A stretch of DNA of 64,000 nucleotides from Harriotta raleighana (lineage: Eukaryota): NCBI GenBank assembly GCA_050575255.1, contig JBNZDD010013573.1, positions 934,019-998,018 on the forward strand, given 5' to 3'. The first letter of the stretch is position 1, and every line of letters begins with the position of its first letter. Below are positions 27,265 through 40,652 of this stretch, piece by piece. A program made the translations under genes and the position numbers. The notes beneath the pieces are model-generated. The model worked only from the letters and a program-made list of their open reading frames with translations. It did not search any database and was not told the origin of the DNA.

Positions 27265-27745
27265 TTTCCATCCAAGTTCTCCTGCGCTGTTCCAGGGACC
27301 CACAGTGAAAGCTTGAGGAACAGCACCTCATCTATCTGCTGGGACCCTGCAGCCCTCTGGCCTCAACATTGATTTCAGCCATTTCAGACCATGAGAGCTC
27401 CTCCCTCCCCCGTCACAATCATAACTCCAGACACCCCTTGCCTCTCTGGTGTTTTGTCTATTCTATCATCACTAACCCCTCTTCTCCCCAGTTTCGTTGA
27501 AACCCACCGCCTTTGTTTCTCTCCTATACATCGTTATCATGTCCTGCCATCCACCCTTCCCCCACCCCACCCTCTAATGTCCTTAAAAACCTCTCCCTCC
27601 AAACACTCCCCAGTTCTGACAAAGGGTCGTGGACCCGAAACGTTGACTCACTTTCCTTTCTCTACGGATGCTGCCAGACCTACTGAGTTTCCCTAGCAAC
27701 TTCTGTGTTTGTTTCAGATTCCCAGCATCTGTAGTATTTTGTGTT
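27265..27745 (+). mobile_element. Penelope-like retroelement 3' end (GIY-YIG C-terminus plus terminal repeat)
   Basis: Frameshifted LLRCSRDPQ*KLEEQHLIYLLG/TLQPSGLNIDFSHFRP*, then the CTGACAAAGGGTCGTGGACCCGAAACG repeat; 15-bp flanking duplication TTGCAACT(A/G)TTAATA. Confidence 0.8.
27612..27648 (+). ncRNA. Degenerate minimal hammerhead ribozyme motif (Penelope-associated), probably inactive
   Basis: AGTT-CTGACAA-A-GGGTC(GTG)GACCC-GAAA-CGTT-GACT: stem II and GAAA box intact; core CUGACAA instead of CUGANGA. Confidence 0.55.
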
Positions 27746-30700
27746 TTGCAACTGTTAATACGTTGATCCGACGCCCTAGGCAATCGCCTAGTTCACCTAA
27801 AGGTGGCGCTGGCCCTGCATGTGCTACACATGCGCAAAGTGAGCAAACCGCAAGTGTCCCGGATGGCTACTGTATGAGATCCGGTTGCTGAAATGGTGAA
27901 ATGTATTGGGAGATACTGGTTGGTTGAGTTTGCCATTTGGTTGGGTACCGGATCAACACGGTTTTACTGTAAATTGTTGCTTGTCTGTTTCCTTTTTATG
28001 TGGATCATGCAGTCTGGCTAGCTTGGCTTCCAATCTGCATTGACTGACATAATGACCCTCACTGTCACACAATACTCCACTGATATCGGTACTTCTTACA
28101 CCAGTTTTTGTCTATACCAACATTGGTTACTGCAAATAAGATAATGTCTCTGCTGAGAACTAATACAACAACAACAAAATTACACTTGTATATCGCCTTT
28201 CACGTCAGGAGAATGTCCCAAGGCACTGGACAGTTACTGCTTCAGACCAGAGTTTAGGACAATGGGCGGCGGGGGGGAGGTAAATGGGGATTAAGAGCTG
28301 CTGATGGGTTGGCCACATTGCAAAACTCCCCGAGTCTTGGATTGAGGGTGTCAGATTACTATAAAAATAATAATCTTTGTGTTTGATATAGCGCCTTATC
28401 GTTATTGCGACATGGATGGTGAAGACAGGAAAGTTGAGTGTCGAACAAGGCGTTCGGGTAGCTGACCGGCTTGGTGAGGTGGGGTGTGTCTCTATACACA
28501 AACACACCAAAACTAATAAAGGTTTCAGATTAACATTCTGAGTGTGACCTCACCAACCCCGAATGAAAACATTAATCTAACTTTCCCTCTCAAATGTAGA
28601 TTTCAGATTACCAGCATTTGTTTTGCTTCTTTTTATTGCTTCACAAACTACTGATCCTCATTTGATATTTTCCATGCTGTTGCTTGCTGGCAGGAAGTCT
28701 TGGTGGAAAACCAGATGGAAATCTACTTTTCTCCAAGATAAGCAATCATCTGAGATTTTATTTAAATGAATAATAGAGGAATATTGCAGTTTTTATAAAG
28801 GTTGATGCTGAATATCGCAATGCCTTACAGCACAATTCAGCAGAGACTAAGAGAAATAAAAAAGATAGTTAATCATCAGCTGGAAACACATCAAATGCAT
28901 TGACACTAGAGATTGGATAGCTGCTGTAGTTGATTTTTTATCAGACTTGCTGCTTTATCAAATGCTGATTTAACATTGTAAACACATAACAAAAATGTGA
29001 ACTCTTGTTTTCTTCTTCGGGAAGTTATCATTCATACCACAAAGAGAATTTATTTCCCCTGGAGGCATATGGTTTCACAGACACAAAGCAGCCTTGCCAT
29101 AATTTACCGACCAGGTCAGTCCCTTTCTGTTACCTGTTTGACAGAGGAAAGAGGTATTGAAATGGAGCTTGATTCTGGCATCAGCCGACAACACATTGAT
29201 GTGTTTTCTTGTAGGGGCCACTGGATTAGTATCATGCGTGGGGAATTAGTTGATTGTTATTCCACTCTCTAGCTAAGAGGCATTGAATTCAACCTGAGCC
29301 ACTCCATCTGAAATAACCTAAATGAGCATATACCAGGGCTCAAACCTCCGACTGTCCTGGTCTCTATAGAGAACCGCAATAGGTAGTAAGATAACAAGTG
29401 AGCTATGTAGAATTGTTTTACCTTCCTGTGGTTGTTGCATAATGATCAATATTTTCAATATTGATCAGTTTTCAATATAAAACTGTTCCCAAAAGAATAA
29501 AAATGTAATCTCAAAGTCACTTTGAGTCACAAAACCTTGGCTACAGAATTCATGACATATTTGACGTATGACATATTTAACTTAGGAGCTGTGACTTGAT
29601 AAACAGTAACCAATAGCAACCTCTCACAAACCCATCTCCTGCTCCATGTACAGGAACTCTAGCCTAAAGCATTGAAATAACATAATACCTTCTGTATAAA
29701 ATTAACAATCTTTTACAAGACTCAAACATGAAGGAACTGGGAATCTATACCCTATTATACAAGTGAAGCAGCGTTACAAAACGTGTTTGCATCACACATT
29801 CCAAGAGCTGCCTTTTGCCATAATAAACAGTGAACATCTTCTATACTTGACATGCAGCCTCTGACTACCATGTGTTTGTGGGAAACAAACCATGAAATAA
29901 GAATATTAAGAGTGTGCAGCTTACTGAATTCTGAAAAACAAGATTTAGTGCACACAAAATATGTTGGGTTTTCTTAAAGTCACTTCAGATGAACCCCCTA
30001 ATTCACATCTTAGACCAAAATAACTGACGGGTTTCAACAGTTTATTAACACCTCAATTTGCAATAATATTAAAACTAAATGTGTCAAAAAACAAAGCAAA
30101 TTAGCAGGAAGCAAACCATGGCTTTTATGAACTTGGTTTGTAATGGTTTATAATTCACAATTTGATAGGCGCTCATTTAATTTAATGACAACGTTTTTCT
30201 CAAAGACCTTTACTGTCTGTATGACTCTCTGCGTGTGTTTTTTAAATAACATGAAAGGCAGATGATAAAGCCACTGGCTTTTACTTGCTTTATCTTCCCA
30301 TCACAGATGAAATTCTGCAGCACTGACACTTTGTGAAGCTAACTGCTCCAGAGAAGTATGCTTCTTTCTTTTGGGTGTTCATCAGCACTGAAAATACTTT
30401 CGCCTGAAAGGAAGCATTTGAGCGATGATAGTAAGTTAAAGAAAGGCCTTGTTTATATCATCCAATGTTCAAAGTTATGCCTTTGAAACATCTGCAAATC
30501 AGTACGATTGTAGTCCAAAAGAAAGGGCTATGATGAGAGAGTGTTTTAATGCTACATTTTGTGAGAGGTGCTGCAAGTTGTTGTTTATTGTTGCTGGGAC
30601 TGTGGTATGAAGAGTTTCGAATGGAAGACAAAACACACAGGGGGAGAAAATGCAATAATGTGATGTAATAATTATTTCAATACAACTGGATTTCAAACTA

Positions 30701-31699
30701 TTCCCCCATTCCACTGCCAGTATCAACAGTTTATTAAATAAATGGAAGTTGAAAGACTCCAACATTATTGGCGGTTTTAATTTAGGCAATTAATGAAGCT
30801 GATCTGTGTTTTATGGGTTAGAGGGAATCTGTCATAAACTGTGCACACTGGAACTTGACGGATGGAGGTGGGCAGGGAAAATGTGATGGTTGAATTCAGC
30901 GTGAGATCTGGAGTTTAATAAAGGACACAGCATGAGTTTGGGTAGGTTAGTTGATGCCGTGTTTTGATATGATTGGGATCAGCTGTCCTTTCTCATTCTC
31001 TTCTGTGCAACAGGCATGTTTGCAGTTAAAATATTTTCACATGCTTCATCAAAATAAAAGCTCTAAATGCTGCGCACGTCTCAAAAAAAGGGTGTCAATA
31101 ATACAATTTCAGATTCTATGTGTGATTCTTGGAATATGGATGTATTGTTTCCATGTTGTTTGAAAAAAACAAAATTTTTTACTAAATAAGGAATAAGATT
31201 TTTTTTAGGCCGGCCAGATGTCTGATAAATGCGGAACCACATTATCACGTGCTCAAGAGTATCCAAATCAGGCTGAGGTAATAACTGATTAACTGGTGTC
31301 AACGTGTAGACACAGGCTGGCTGAGAAATAATAACTATACAAATATCTTTCTGGAGACAACAAATCAATGTCAGAATTGTCAAATGCAACTGTCATTTGT
31401 TGTCTGTACGCCTTTATGTAGTTCGTCTTCTCTTTAACCTCATCAACCATCTTTGCCCACCCTTCCCCAACTCCCCATTAAGTAGCTGATTTGAATCAAA
31501 GTGGAAGTGTGATACTTCATTGCATAGACATCACCACGTAAGTAGTGTGCTATGTTGACATATCTGAATCTTGACCTGAGTAGAATAGAAGCCAAATAAT
31601 TTCCCTCCTCAGAGACAACCCACTTGAGACTGACTAAGATCCTCCTCTTACGAAAGCTTGCGTGAACCCTTAAGATTGTTACGTGAACTTGGATTCCAG

Positions 31700-32090
31700 A
31701 GCAACAACAGCAATAAATTACATTTATGTAGTGCCTTTCGCATCAGCAGGACATCTCAAGGCAATGCACAGTCAGGGACCTGAAGCCGAGATGGCGATTG
31801 GGATCAGGAGGTGTGGAGGTGGGAGGGTAGGGCTACGAGGGTGACAGAAGGCATGGTCTTGAGACGGGTCTTGAAGGAGGCAAGAGAGGGAATGAGACAG
31901 AGGGACTATGGGATGGAGTTCCAGAGGGTGGGGGCAGAGAGGCTGAAGGCCCATCTGCCAAAGTGGGGCGCACCAGAGAGAGGAAGTGAAGCCGGCTGGA
32001 GCCTGCAGAGCGGAGGGAGGGGACAGGGTGGTGGGGGGTTAGGAGGTCACAGAGGTCGGGACAACAACGATAACTTGCTTTTATATATTT
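31700..32090 (-). mobile_element. L2 3'-end fragments
   Basis: (CAA)n ATTTATGTAGTGCC tail; GGTCTTGAGACGGGTCTTGAAGGAGG...GGAGTTCCAGAG (reverse complement of LWNS..SFKT.LKT). Confidence 0.75.
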
Positions 32091-32092
32091 GT

Positions 32093-32410
32093 GGAGCTCC
32101 TGTGGCTTAGTGGTTAGAGCACTCATCTTGTTCGAATCCAGGCAGATCAGGGCGAAACTTTGGGCAAGTTTCCTTACTCCACATGCCTAATAATAATCCC
32201 TCCAAAAAAAACCCACAATAATAAAATTGGTCATTTCAATCCATGACTGTTTGTGGGGACGCTGCTGTGTGCAATTGGCTGCCGCATTCCGCCCACAAAT
32301 ATACAGTCAATTCACTTTACAGTATATTCTGTGAAGCGCTTTGGGACGTTGATAAGATGTGAAAAGCGCTATATGAAATGCAAGGATTATTATTATTATT
32401 ATTATTATTA
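32093..32410 (+). mobile_element. Young, near full-length tRNA-derived SINE with (TTA)n tail
   Basis: GTGGCTTAGTGGTTAGAGC, GTTCGAATCC box B, core, GCGCTATATGAAATGCAAGG(ATT)n; nearly identical to 38986-39186. Confidence 0.92.
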
Positions 32411-34822
32411 TATAGTGCCCTTCATACGCTGTGAGTATAAAACATCACAAAAGCCCCTTGACAACCTGGACTACTAGATTTAAGCAGAGTAATCTAGAGG
32501 AAAGCAACGTTTGATTTCCCTGAACAATGAATCTCTATGTTGAAGTTTAAATACTAAATTTTACTTCTGTAAATCCCAATCCATGGTAAATAAACATGTT
32601 ACAAATGGCACAAAGGATACAACGTGTATCATTGCTCAGACCCTGTTCACCACCGGATCACTTTGATGTCCCATATTAGTATTTTCATGTAAAGACATAT
32701 CAACGAAAGTCTATCAAATAGATGTGAGAAAAGCCAAGAACTTGCTATTAGGAATTTAACTGAATCACTGGTTTTCGAGAAGATTGACAAAAGGAAGTTG
32801 CTAATGTTGGGAATGTTTCAAAAGTCAGATAAATAGAATCAACAAATACTCTGAAGTATTTATCCCGGCAAAGTGAGTATTGTTCACCTAATCTTACATC
32901 ACTAGCAGGAAACTGAAGAGATAAAGCTACACAGCTGTGCTCATTGCTGGAATGTGTCCATCTGTACATAACCTTCAGTTGCTTTTTTGCCAAACTTATT
33001 TTTCCTGGCCTGGGCCCAAAAGTCAAATGTCTCTAAATTAAAGGCATAACGTCTCAACAGTTTAATACAAAAAATGTGATTTTATTGCTTTCTACAAATG
33101 TTTAGCTTCCGGAATGTTTATCTTTTGAACTTTGAGCAGGGTGAAGTTTTCATTTAATGCTTAATGTTATATGTTACAGCATCATTCAGCTGGATACTAC
33201 ACAGTATTGGTGCTGGCTGCCAAGTGAGCTGATTTAATTCAGGATGACTGTCAGCTGTTAGATTGTGGGGTCTCTGACATTTATATGACTTGCAATCTTC
33301 TAGGCCCTTGCTTCACAAGTTGAGAATAGTTCCCTTTGCAGCTCCAAAAAGCAAACACATGTGAATTCTGTTGCCCCTTTACATATACATAATAACAAAC
33401 AATTCATCAGAGAGAAAAAAACTGTTTGCTGCCGGCAGAAGATTGAAGCATTTGCAGGCATGATTATCAGAAGTGAGTTGGGCTATACCAATAGTAAATT
33501 GCAGCTTTGAAACAGTGGAATTGAATCAATAATTGGTATGAAGATCTTATCAACACCAAGTGTTTTTGAGTCAATAATAATAACTCTTGCATTTCATGTA
33601 GCGCTTTTCAAATCAGGCGCTGAATCCAAGTGTCTCAAAACAATTTACAAGATTTACTGTAATGGGCAATGACTGTTTATTCTGGAGGTCAATCAATTTG
33701 TGATGTGATATGCTGTACCTTGGTTTGTGGTAGAAAGTGCTGTTTCTGTCTCTATATGTTTCTTCTACATTTGTGGTGCCAATACCATTTTTCCAAGGGC
33801 TTTCTTAGTTCCCATTCATAACACTGTTTGAAGCGATAATACTGTAAAACAAATCCGTGTTGGGAAGTTTTCGAATATCCAGGCATTCCACCAATTTGCA
33901 TTGCAAATGATTGGTAACCATACTCGTGTGTAACCACTCAGCCTGTACAATGTGGCTTCGTGTTTCTTTGAACCAAAGTGAAGACCAGCCTAATAATTAT
34001 AATAATCCTTGCACTTGATATAGTGCCTCATCATATGTTTGCAACGTCGCAAAGCTCTTCAAAGAATAAACTGTGAAGTTCATTGACTGTACGTTTTCTG
34101 AGTGAAAAGCATGATAATATGTGGAAGTAATGGTTCACCAAGTTAATTTGCTTTGTGCATTGGGATTGTGCTGGTGTTCCTTCAGCAGGATTTTGCTGAC
34201 AGTGCTGGATGGAGTAATTGATTATTGAATGTGACTGACAGTGCAATGCTGCTGACTGCAGTGATGGGACATACCAATTAAGCACCATTCTAACAAGGGC
34301 TGCTGAAAGCTGCCTGTAGTGCTAACTGATGAAAAAAGAATAGATTGACATCTCAATGGTACAACTAATGCCCTCAATCTATTTCACTAATGAGTCATGC
34401 ATCAATATAAAACACTATTATTATTCATTAAACAGAATTAGACCATAAGTTCATCTTCTGTGACTATTTACATATTATCTTTTTTTTCCATTTTTCCTTT
34501 ATGTCGGAGACAGATAAGGCAGCAGCGTTCTGCTTAAACCCACATCCCAATGTCATGTTCAATATTGCAAAACTACAACCTAAATGAGGCAGCACTTTGC
34601 TTTCAGAAGGAGTTTCTACTATGGCCTAATGTATATTTTCATCACAGCTCCAGAGGCAGCAATATCTTTCATTAGCAATAAACAATTACATCCATTGTGT
34701 GTGGGTGCAATGGATAACTTTTTTTTGTACTTCGGCCACCCACCTGTCCCATCTTTTCAGATCATATTTTCCATTTAAATTTAACATTTGCCCATAATTT
34801 AAAGTATTACAATCCCAATGAA

Positions 34823-35125
34823 AGTGAGAGGACCCAAGTACAATTCCTGGGCTGAGCAAAACCTTAGGCGAGGAGCTTTATTCCTCTGTTTACCTAGGGT
34901 AAATAGAAACCCGGTTATAATGTTCTCAGATTGCTTTCTGGGGATAATAATCCCTTAAAAAAGAATTGGGCACTCAAACCACAACTGTTTGTGGGACACT
35001 GCTGTGTGCAATTGACCCCGGTGTTTCCTTCACAAAAAATACAGACAATTCACTTTACAGTACATTCTGTGAAACATTTTGAGACGCTTCAACATTGTGA
35101 TAAGGCAAATGCAAGAATTATTATT
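34823..35125 (+). mobile_element. SINE, 5'-eroded
   Basis: GATAATAATCCC, TGTTTGTGGGACACTGCTGTGTGCAATTG core, AAATGCAAGAATTATTATT. Confidence 0.75.
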
Positions 35126-36729
35126 GTTTTTATTGCTTTTGTTATTACATTTGATCAAGCTGTGAATTATCCTATGACGGAAACAACAGCAGAAGTATAT
35201 GTTTAATGAGTTTTATGATTTAGCATTATCTCTATTGCTGTATATTCACATACATTATTAATGTCGCATTAAAATTTGTTTGCAGTTCTCCCACTTCTAT
35301 ATTTGCCTTTCTGCCTGTCTTGTTGATTTGCTATTGTAAAATCATCAACTCTACTTTTATATGGAGCCTGACCACATGTTAAAATGCCTCAAAGTGCTTC
35401 ACTGGATTTACTGTGAAGTGCAGTAATGCGGATTTTAAAAGCAAACATGGCAGCCAATTTACACACAGCAATATCCCACAAACAGCCATTAAGTGAATGA
35501 CCAATTTTATCTAAAGGATTGTTGGCCAGGCAATAGGAGATAGCCCACAACCTTCTGAGGTGAGAGTGCCACTAACTGAGCAAGGTTGATGCCATATGAA
35601 CAATCTTCAACATGCCTATACACAAGTTTACATTTTTTTAAAACTTTGATTTAAACCTTCTTCATAAGTAACAAGAGATTCATTACGNGGAGATAGCCCA
35701 CAACCTTCTGAGGTGAGAGTGCCACTAACTGAGCAAGGCTGATACCATATGAACAATCTTCAACATGCCTATACACAAGTTTACATTTTTTAAAAACTTT
35801 GATTTAAACCTTCTTCATAAGTAACAAGAGATCATTACGCCTGTCGCACAAAAGGTGACTTATGGAGATTTCGGTACCAAATCCACCTGCCAATTTAGAT
35901 TGACAGATATTTGCATTTATTTAAAATCAGCCCCAGGGTTAAGCCTAGCTTTGAGGTGAAGACTCAATGCACATTAGAACAAAGGTTGTGTTATTCAATG
36001 AATACAAACTCCTTTGGCTAATAAAACATGTGCGTTACTTCAGCAATCTGGCAGTCGGGATCTTGAAAGGTTGAGAAGCTGCCACTTCAGCAAACTAACA
36101 AAAAGCAAGATCTAGATGAGGAGTCTGGTATTGCTGAGGCAGGGAAGACTGTAGGAAAAGTTCCAGGTTTTTGGCAGCAGTGGCAACATTTTTGCCTGGC
36201 CTACTTTAAGTGAAAAAAAATTACTTGATGGTCAAATGAGCTGTCGGAGTTGTCAAATTCCATCTGGAAATTTTGATTGATGCGTATTCATTTTCTACTG
36301 GTCCAGTGGTGGATACCAAGATCTCTGGCAATAATGTGGATTGATTGGACTCCAATGCAGGAGTCTGATCTGGTGATGACTTTGAGTGATAATTCCTGAA
36401 TGTAAAGTTGCAAGACGCAATATAGCAATATCTCAATAGCTGATCATCTGGAGATGTTTGAATCCCAGCCTACAATATCCCCAATCTTCAATTTATGAAA
36501 ACTCACATTTTAGAGGATTATGACAGCTTATCATTTATAGGAAAATAATGTTATAGCCTTGATCTTTCCTATGCATCTGGCGAAACCCACAGGGGTCAAA
36601 TTTATAATTCCGTACTAAATATTAATGATATTTGCTGTAATTTGGGGAATTTAAGCAAATTTTATACAGTAAATCTACATCTAAAATTCCTGCAAGGTAA
36701 CAGCAGTGTGGGTGGCTCACATTTAAAGC

Positions 36730-37110
36730 CTTCTATGGTCTTGTCCTTCCCTACCTGATCACTCCCTCCCTCCGCTCAGCGATCACTAGGTTGCTACATG
36801 TCCACCTCCCTGTCGGCAGTTGAGCCTTCAGTCTTCTCGCTCCCAACTTCTGGAACTCCATGCCGAATTCTCTTTGCCTCATTGCCCCCCTTTCCACCTT
36901 CAATACACAACTCAAGACCTTCCTGTTTGACCATGTTTTTGGTCATCCTCTCACTTCTAACCCACTTGCCCTCCACTCCTCTTGAATCCAGGTCGGGTGC
37001 AAACCTTTGACTGTATAGTGCCTTAGGATATCCTCTCGACGTGAACGGTGTTTTGGAAGGATGAGATTGGATGGGCCAAAGAATCTTCTTCGTCCACACC
37101 AAACGTGTAA
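36730..37110 (+). mobile_element. L2 3' fragment with a short CR1-like tail
   Basis: CTCCGCTCAG, TTCTGGAACTC, CAACTCAAGACCTTCCTGTTTGACC; GATGGGCCAAAGAATCTTCTTCGTCC. Confidence 0.65.
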
Positions 37111-37784
37111 TCTTGTGATCTTTCTGAAGATAGTTTTGTCTGTGGCTTAGAGTTCAGCCTGATAGAGACCGATACTCAGAAAGAGGAATATTGAACTTCT
37201 TTGTTTAGGTGCAAACCTCCCCCCCATCCTCACTGTTTAACTGCAATATTATTTGTCAGAATTTCGACCCTCATAACCAATGTGCGTAATGGTAATTGCT
37301 GATTTTCACAGTGGAAACAATTTTAATGATTGGTTGACTTACATCTATGTAGCTCGTCTCCTTCACATTCTGCAAGGTCACACAGCTCATTATACAATCA
37401 TAATTGCAACTTTTAGCACTTCCAAGCTTTGCCTAACATCTATCAATAGTGAACGCTACTTGCCACTCATCAACTCAGGTACTTTGTTTCCGTAAATCCA
37501 TTTAAATGACAACCAACTCAATCGCACATCAAGCCTTCACACACAATTTAGCATTATCTGCCGGCTTAGACATTCTCTCTGCTACCCCTTGTCAAGGACA
37601 TTAATAAATAATGAGAACAGCAGAAGTGCTGTAGCTGCGAGATTCCACCAGCTATCACTCCTCAACTTAAATAATTAACATTTAGAACCATCCCCTGTTT
37701 TCACAATATATGTTTTATTTTTCCATAGTTTCTCCCTTAAGCCGTTACTTTAATTTTATGCAACCTGGTATGAAAGGCTTTAAT

Positions 37785-38425
37785 AACAATACTAATCTTT
37801 TGATTTGATACAGCGCTTTATAATGTCGCGGAGACGTTGCAAAGCGCTTCACAGAATGTACAGTAAAGTATAGAAACTGGATATTTTGCGGATATAACGC
37901 TTGGCCCAATTGCACACAACAGTGTCCCACAAACAGTCGTGGAGTGATTGACTGATTTTTTTTTATTTTGACGGGATTATTACCCCTGAATGTGATCTGC
38001 CAATTGACTAACAGTGAATTCAAGAAACTTGTCTTCACTTTCAAGGTCCTCCACAGCTTTGCCCCCTCCTACCTCTCTGATCTGCCCCCTATCAACCTGT
38101 CCGCTCCTTCTGTTCAGCAGTCTCCAGCCTGCTCCATGTCTCCAGGCCGATCTGCCCTACCATCGGCAGCTGGGCTTTCAGCCTCTCTGCCCCTACACTT
38201 TGGAACTCCATCCCACAGTCCCTTCCCCTAGCTCCCTCTCTTGCTTCCTTCAAGACCAGTCTCAAGACCCTCCTCTTCAACCATGACTTCAGTTGCTGGC
38301 CTAACTCTCTGCCCTCCCTCATCCTAATCCTTCCCCCCACCCAATGCTCAGGTCCTGATCCCTGACTGATCAGCCAGAAAGGCCTCTACAAATATAATTT
38401 TGTTGTTTTTCTTGTTGTTGTTGTC
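37785..38425. mobile_element. SINE 3' half (-) abutting an L2 3' end (+)
   Basis: ORF 37968 [22 protein letters not shown] (L2 ORF2 C-terminus); AAAGCGCTTCACAGAATG tail. Confidence 0.8.
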
Positions 38426-38949
38426 ACAGCGAGTTCCTACTTTCTCTCTATGTGGCTGAGACTCTCTCTCAAATGTTCCATTGTTATTGCTAACTTTTAA
38501 AAATGTATCGCTCTGTTTGCACACAGGGATCTTGCCTTGCACAAGGGAATTAATTTGCTTAAAAATACATGAAAGATGTTATACAAATGTAATTTTGTTT
38601 CTGTTGTTAAAATGCCCACCAACTTTGAAGCTACACACTTAAAACCAATGGCTTAATACTAACAATTCATTTTATTTTTCAACCCTTAGATCACTCAGAT
38701 CCAACAAAAGCCACTTAATAAAGTGTTCGGAACTTGACCTCACACTTAGCAGCAAATCCTGTGACCCTTATGACATCTCTACATCGTTTAATGCTTGACA
38801 ATTACAGCTGTTAATTGGTATTAGTGAATGCGACCATTAAGATTCAGTGGACAATTACTGAGCAGTATTTTAATTGAATGAAAGAGCAATCAGTCTGAGG
38901 CTCAAGGAAGCACTTTGAAAAGGATGACGTTTTCTCACCAAATTTCATG

Positions 38950-39186
38950 CCTTACAAGCATGAGACCTGTGTTCGAATCCAGGCNCAAAAAAACCACAAT
39001 AATAAAATTGGTCATTTCAATCCATGACTGTTTGTGGGACGCTGCTGTGTGCAATTGGCTGCCGCGTTCCGCCCACAAATGTACAGTCAATTCACTTTAC
39101 AGTATATTCTGTGAAGCGCTTTGGGACGTTGATAAGATGTGAAAAGCGCTATATCAAATGCAAGGATTATTATTATTATTATTATA
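38950..39186 (+). mobile_element. Young tRNA-derived SINE, middle collapsed at a single N (38985)
   Basis: 38986-39186 is almost identical to 32203-32405. Confidence 0.9.
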
Positions 39187-40369
39187 TTCAATCTTTCTTG
39201 CAATTTCTAATTGTGGCAACAATGGTTTGCATTGCGACTGACTGAGTGTGTATCCAAACAGTGAAAAATAGTGAGGAAATTACTCCAAGAAGACCAGGCA
39301 ATGAGGAAGGTGTTACAGGTTACCAAATGCTGCTCTTGTGAGATCATGGATTCAATATATGATGGTGATTTTGCACTAATTCCTAATGTCTTTCTTAATT
39401 AAGCAATCTGATGATGACAACATGCACCGCCTTGATTTGATCTACTTTCAGAGCAAGTTCACTCGAGGCACAGTGATAAAGTCATCAAGATGTCGCAAAG
39501 CACTTCCCAGGATTTTACTGCAAAGTATAGTAACTGTGTATTTGAACTCAAGTTCCTAATTAACAAGCCCATTAGATAAAATTGCTAAATTAACCTCCAT
39601 GATGTGTTGATTACAGACTTGGACTATGAAATATTTTTTTTTGATAGAGAATGGATCCTATATGTATGTAACTATGGTATCGGCTTGTATTACTACAGTA
39701 AGCAAATATAAATGATTTAACATTCAATGTTTATGGATATTCTGTTCAGTCTTAGTGCTATTAAGATTCAAGGTACTAAATTGATTCAAATATGGAAGAA
39801 AGCTCTTTCAAAAATGTCTTTCAGACATACAGCATACACCTCACATGTCTATAGTCTTCATGTAGACTCAAAAATAATATGTCATTAGAATGCGATGGGA
39901 CAGTGAGTGAGTGAAGGGTGGTCCATGAGCACAATTGAAGCATGGTCAAAGAGCTTATTGTTTTAAGAGAGGACGTAAAGACAGATAGAGAGGAGTTGAG
40001 ATGGAGGAGTGGAAGGAGGGAGTTCCAGAGTTTAGGAGTGTAGTAACCACTGATGGTGTTGTGGGGGGGTGATGTGCAGACATTACGAGTGATCTGAAGG
40101 TAAGAGTTCCTGCTCCAGGACTGCATCTTAGTACAGTAAAACCTCATTTATCCATGACTTGAATAATCGGAAAACCCGTTCAACCGCCAACTCAAAAAAA
40201 AAGTCCTGATCCGACTAACCAGACGTTATCCGGCGACACGTTGAATGTCGGGACTAAACTTGTTCCAGGTCATTTTAAAAGTCGCGGTTTTTATTTTACC
40301 ACGTTCGGATGGATGAGTACCTGTCGTTGGGAGCTGTGTACATAATAAATACTGCTGCAGGTAGTGGCC

Positions 40370-40620
40370 AGAGGGAGGGAGGGGAGGAAATGGAGAGAGA
40401 GAGAGAGGGAGGGAGGAATGGAGAGAAAGAGAGAGATTCAAGGTACTAAATTGAGATATGGGGAAAGGGAGAGAGAGATAGGGGAAAGCATAATGAAGTG
40501 AGAGAGAGAGAGATGGGGAAAGCATTAGGGAGTGAGAGAGAAATGGTAGCAGATTGCTGCAGAGAGGGGGAGAGAGAGAGAGAGAAAAGGCATGGTGGGT
40601 GGGTGGTGTGGGAGTGAGAT
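40370..40620 (+). repeat. GA-rich low-complexity tract
   Basis: (GA)n and GGGA runs. Confidence 0.85.
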
Positions 40621-40652
40621 TTGTGGACAGAATTAATATGATGGTTCAGACT

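Larger units (their letters stand above)
26588..27969 (+). mobile_element. MITE copy 3 (1382 bp) with nested Penelope insertions
   Basis: TA-CAGTAAAACCTTCGTTATCCGGCA ... CCGGATCAACACGGTTTTACTG-TA; shares internal blocks with the other copies. Confidence 0.88.

Noticed and set aside
32253-32477. Recurring [13 protein letters not shown]...CEKRY.KCKDYYYY (also 39024-39245) as a small gene family
   Set aside because: Translation of the SINE body and (TTA)n tail
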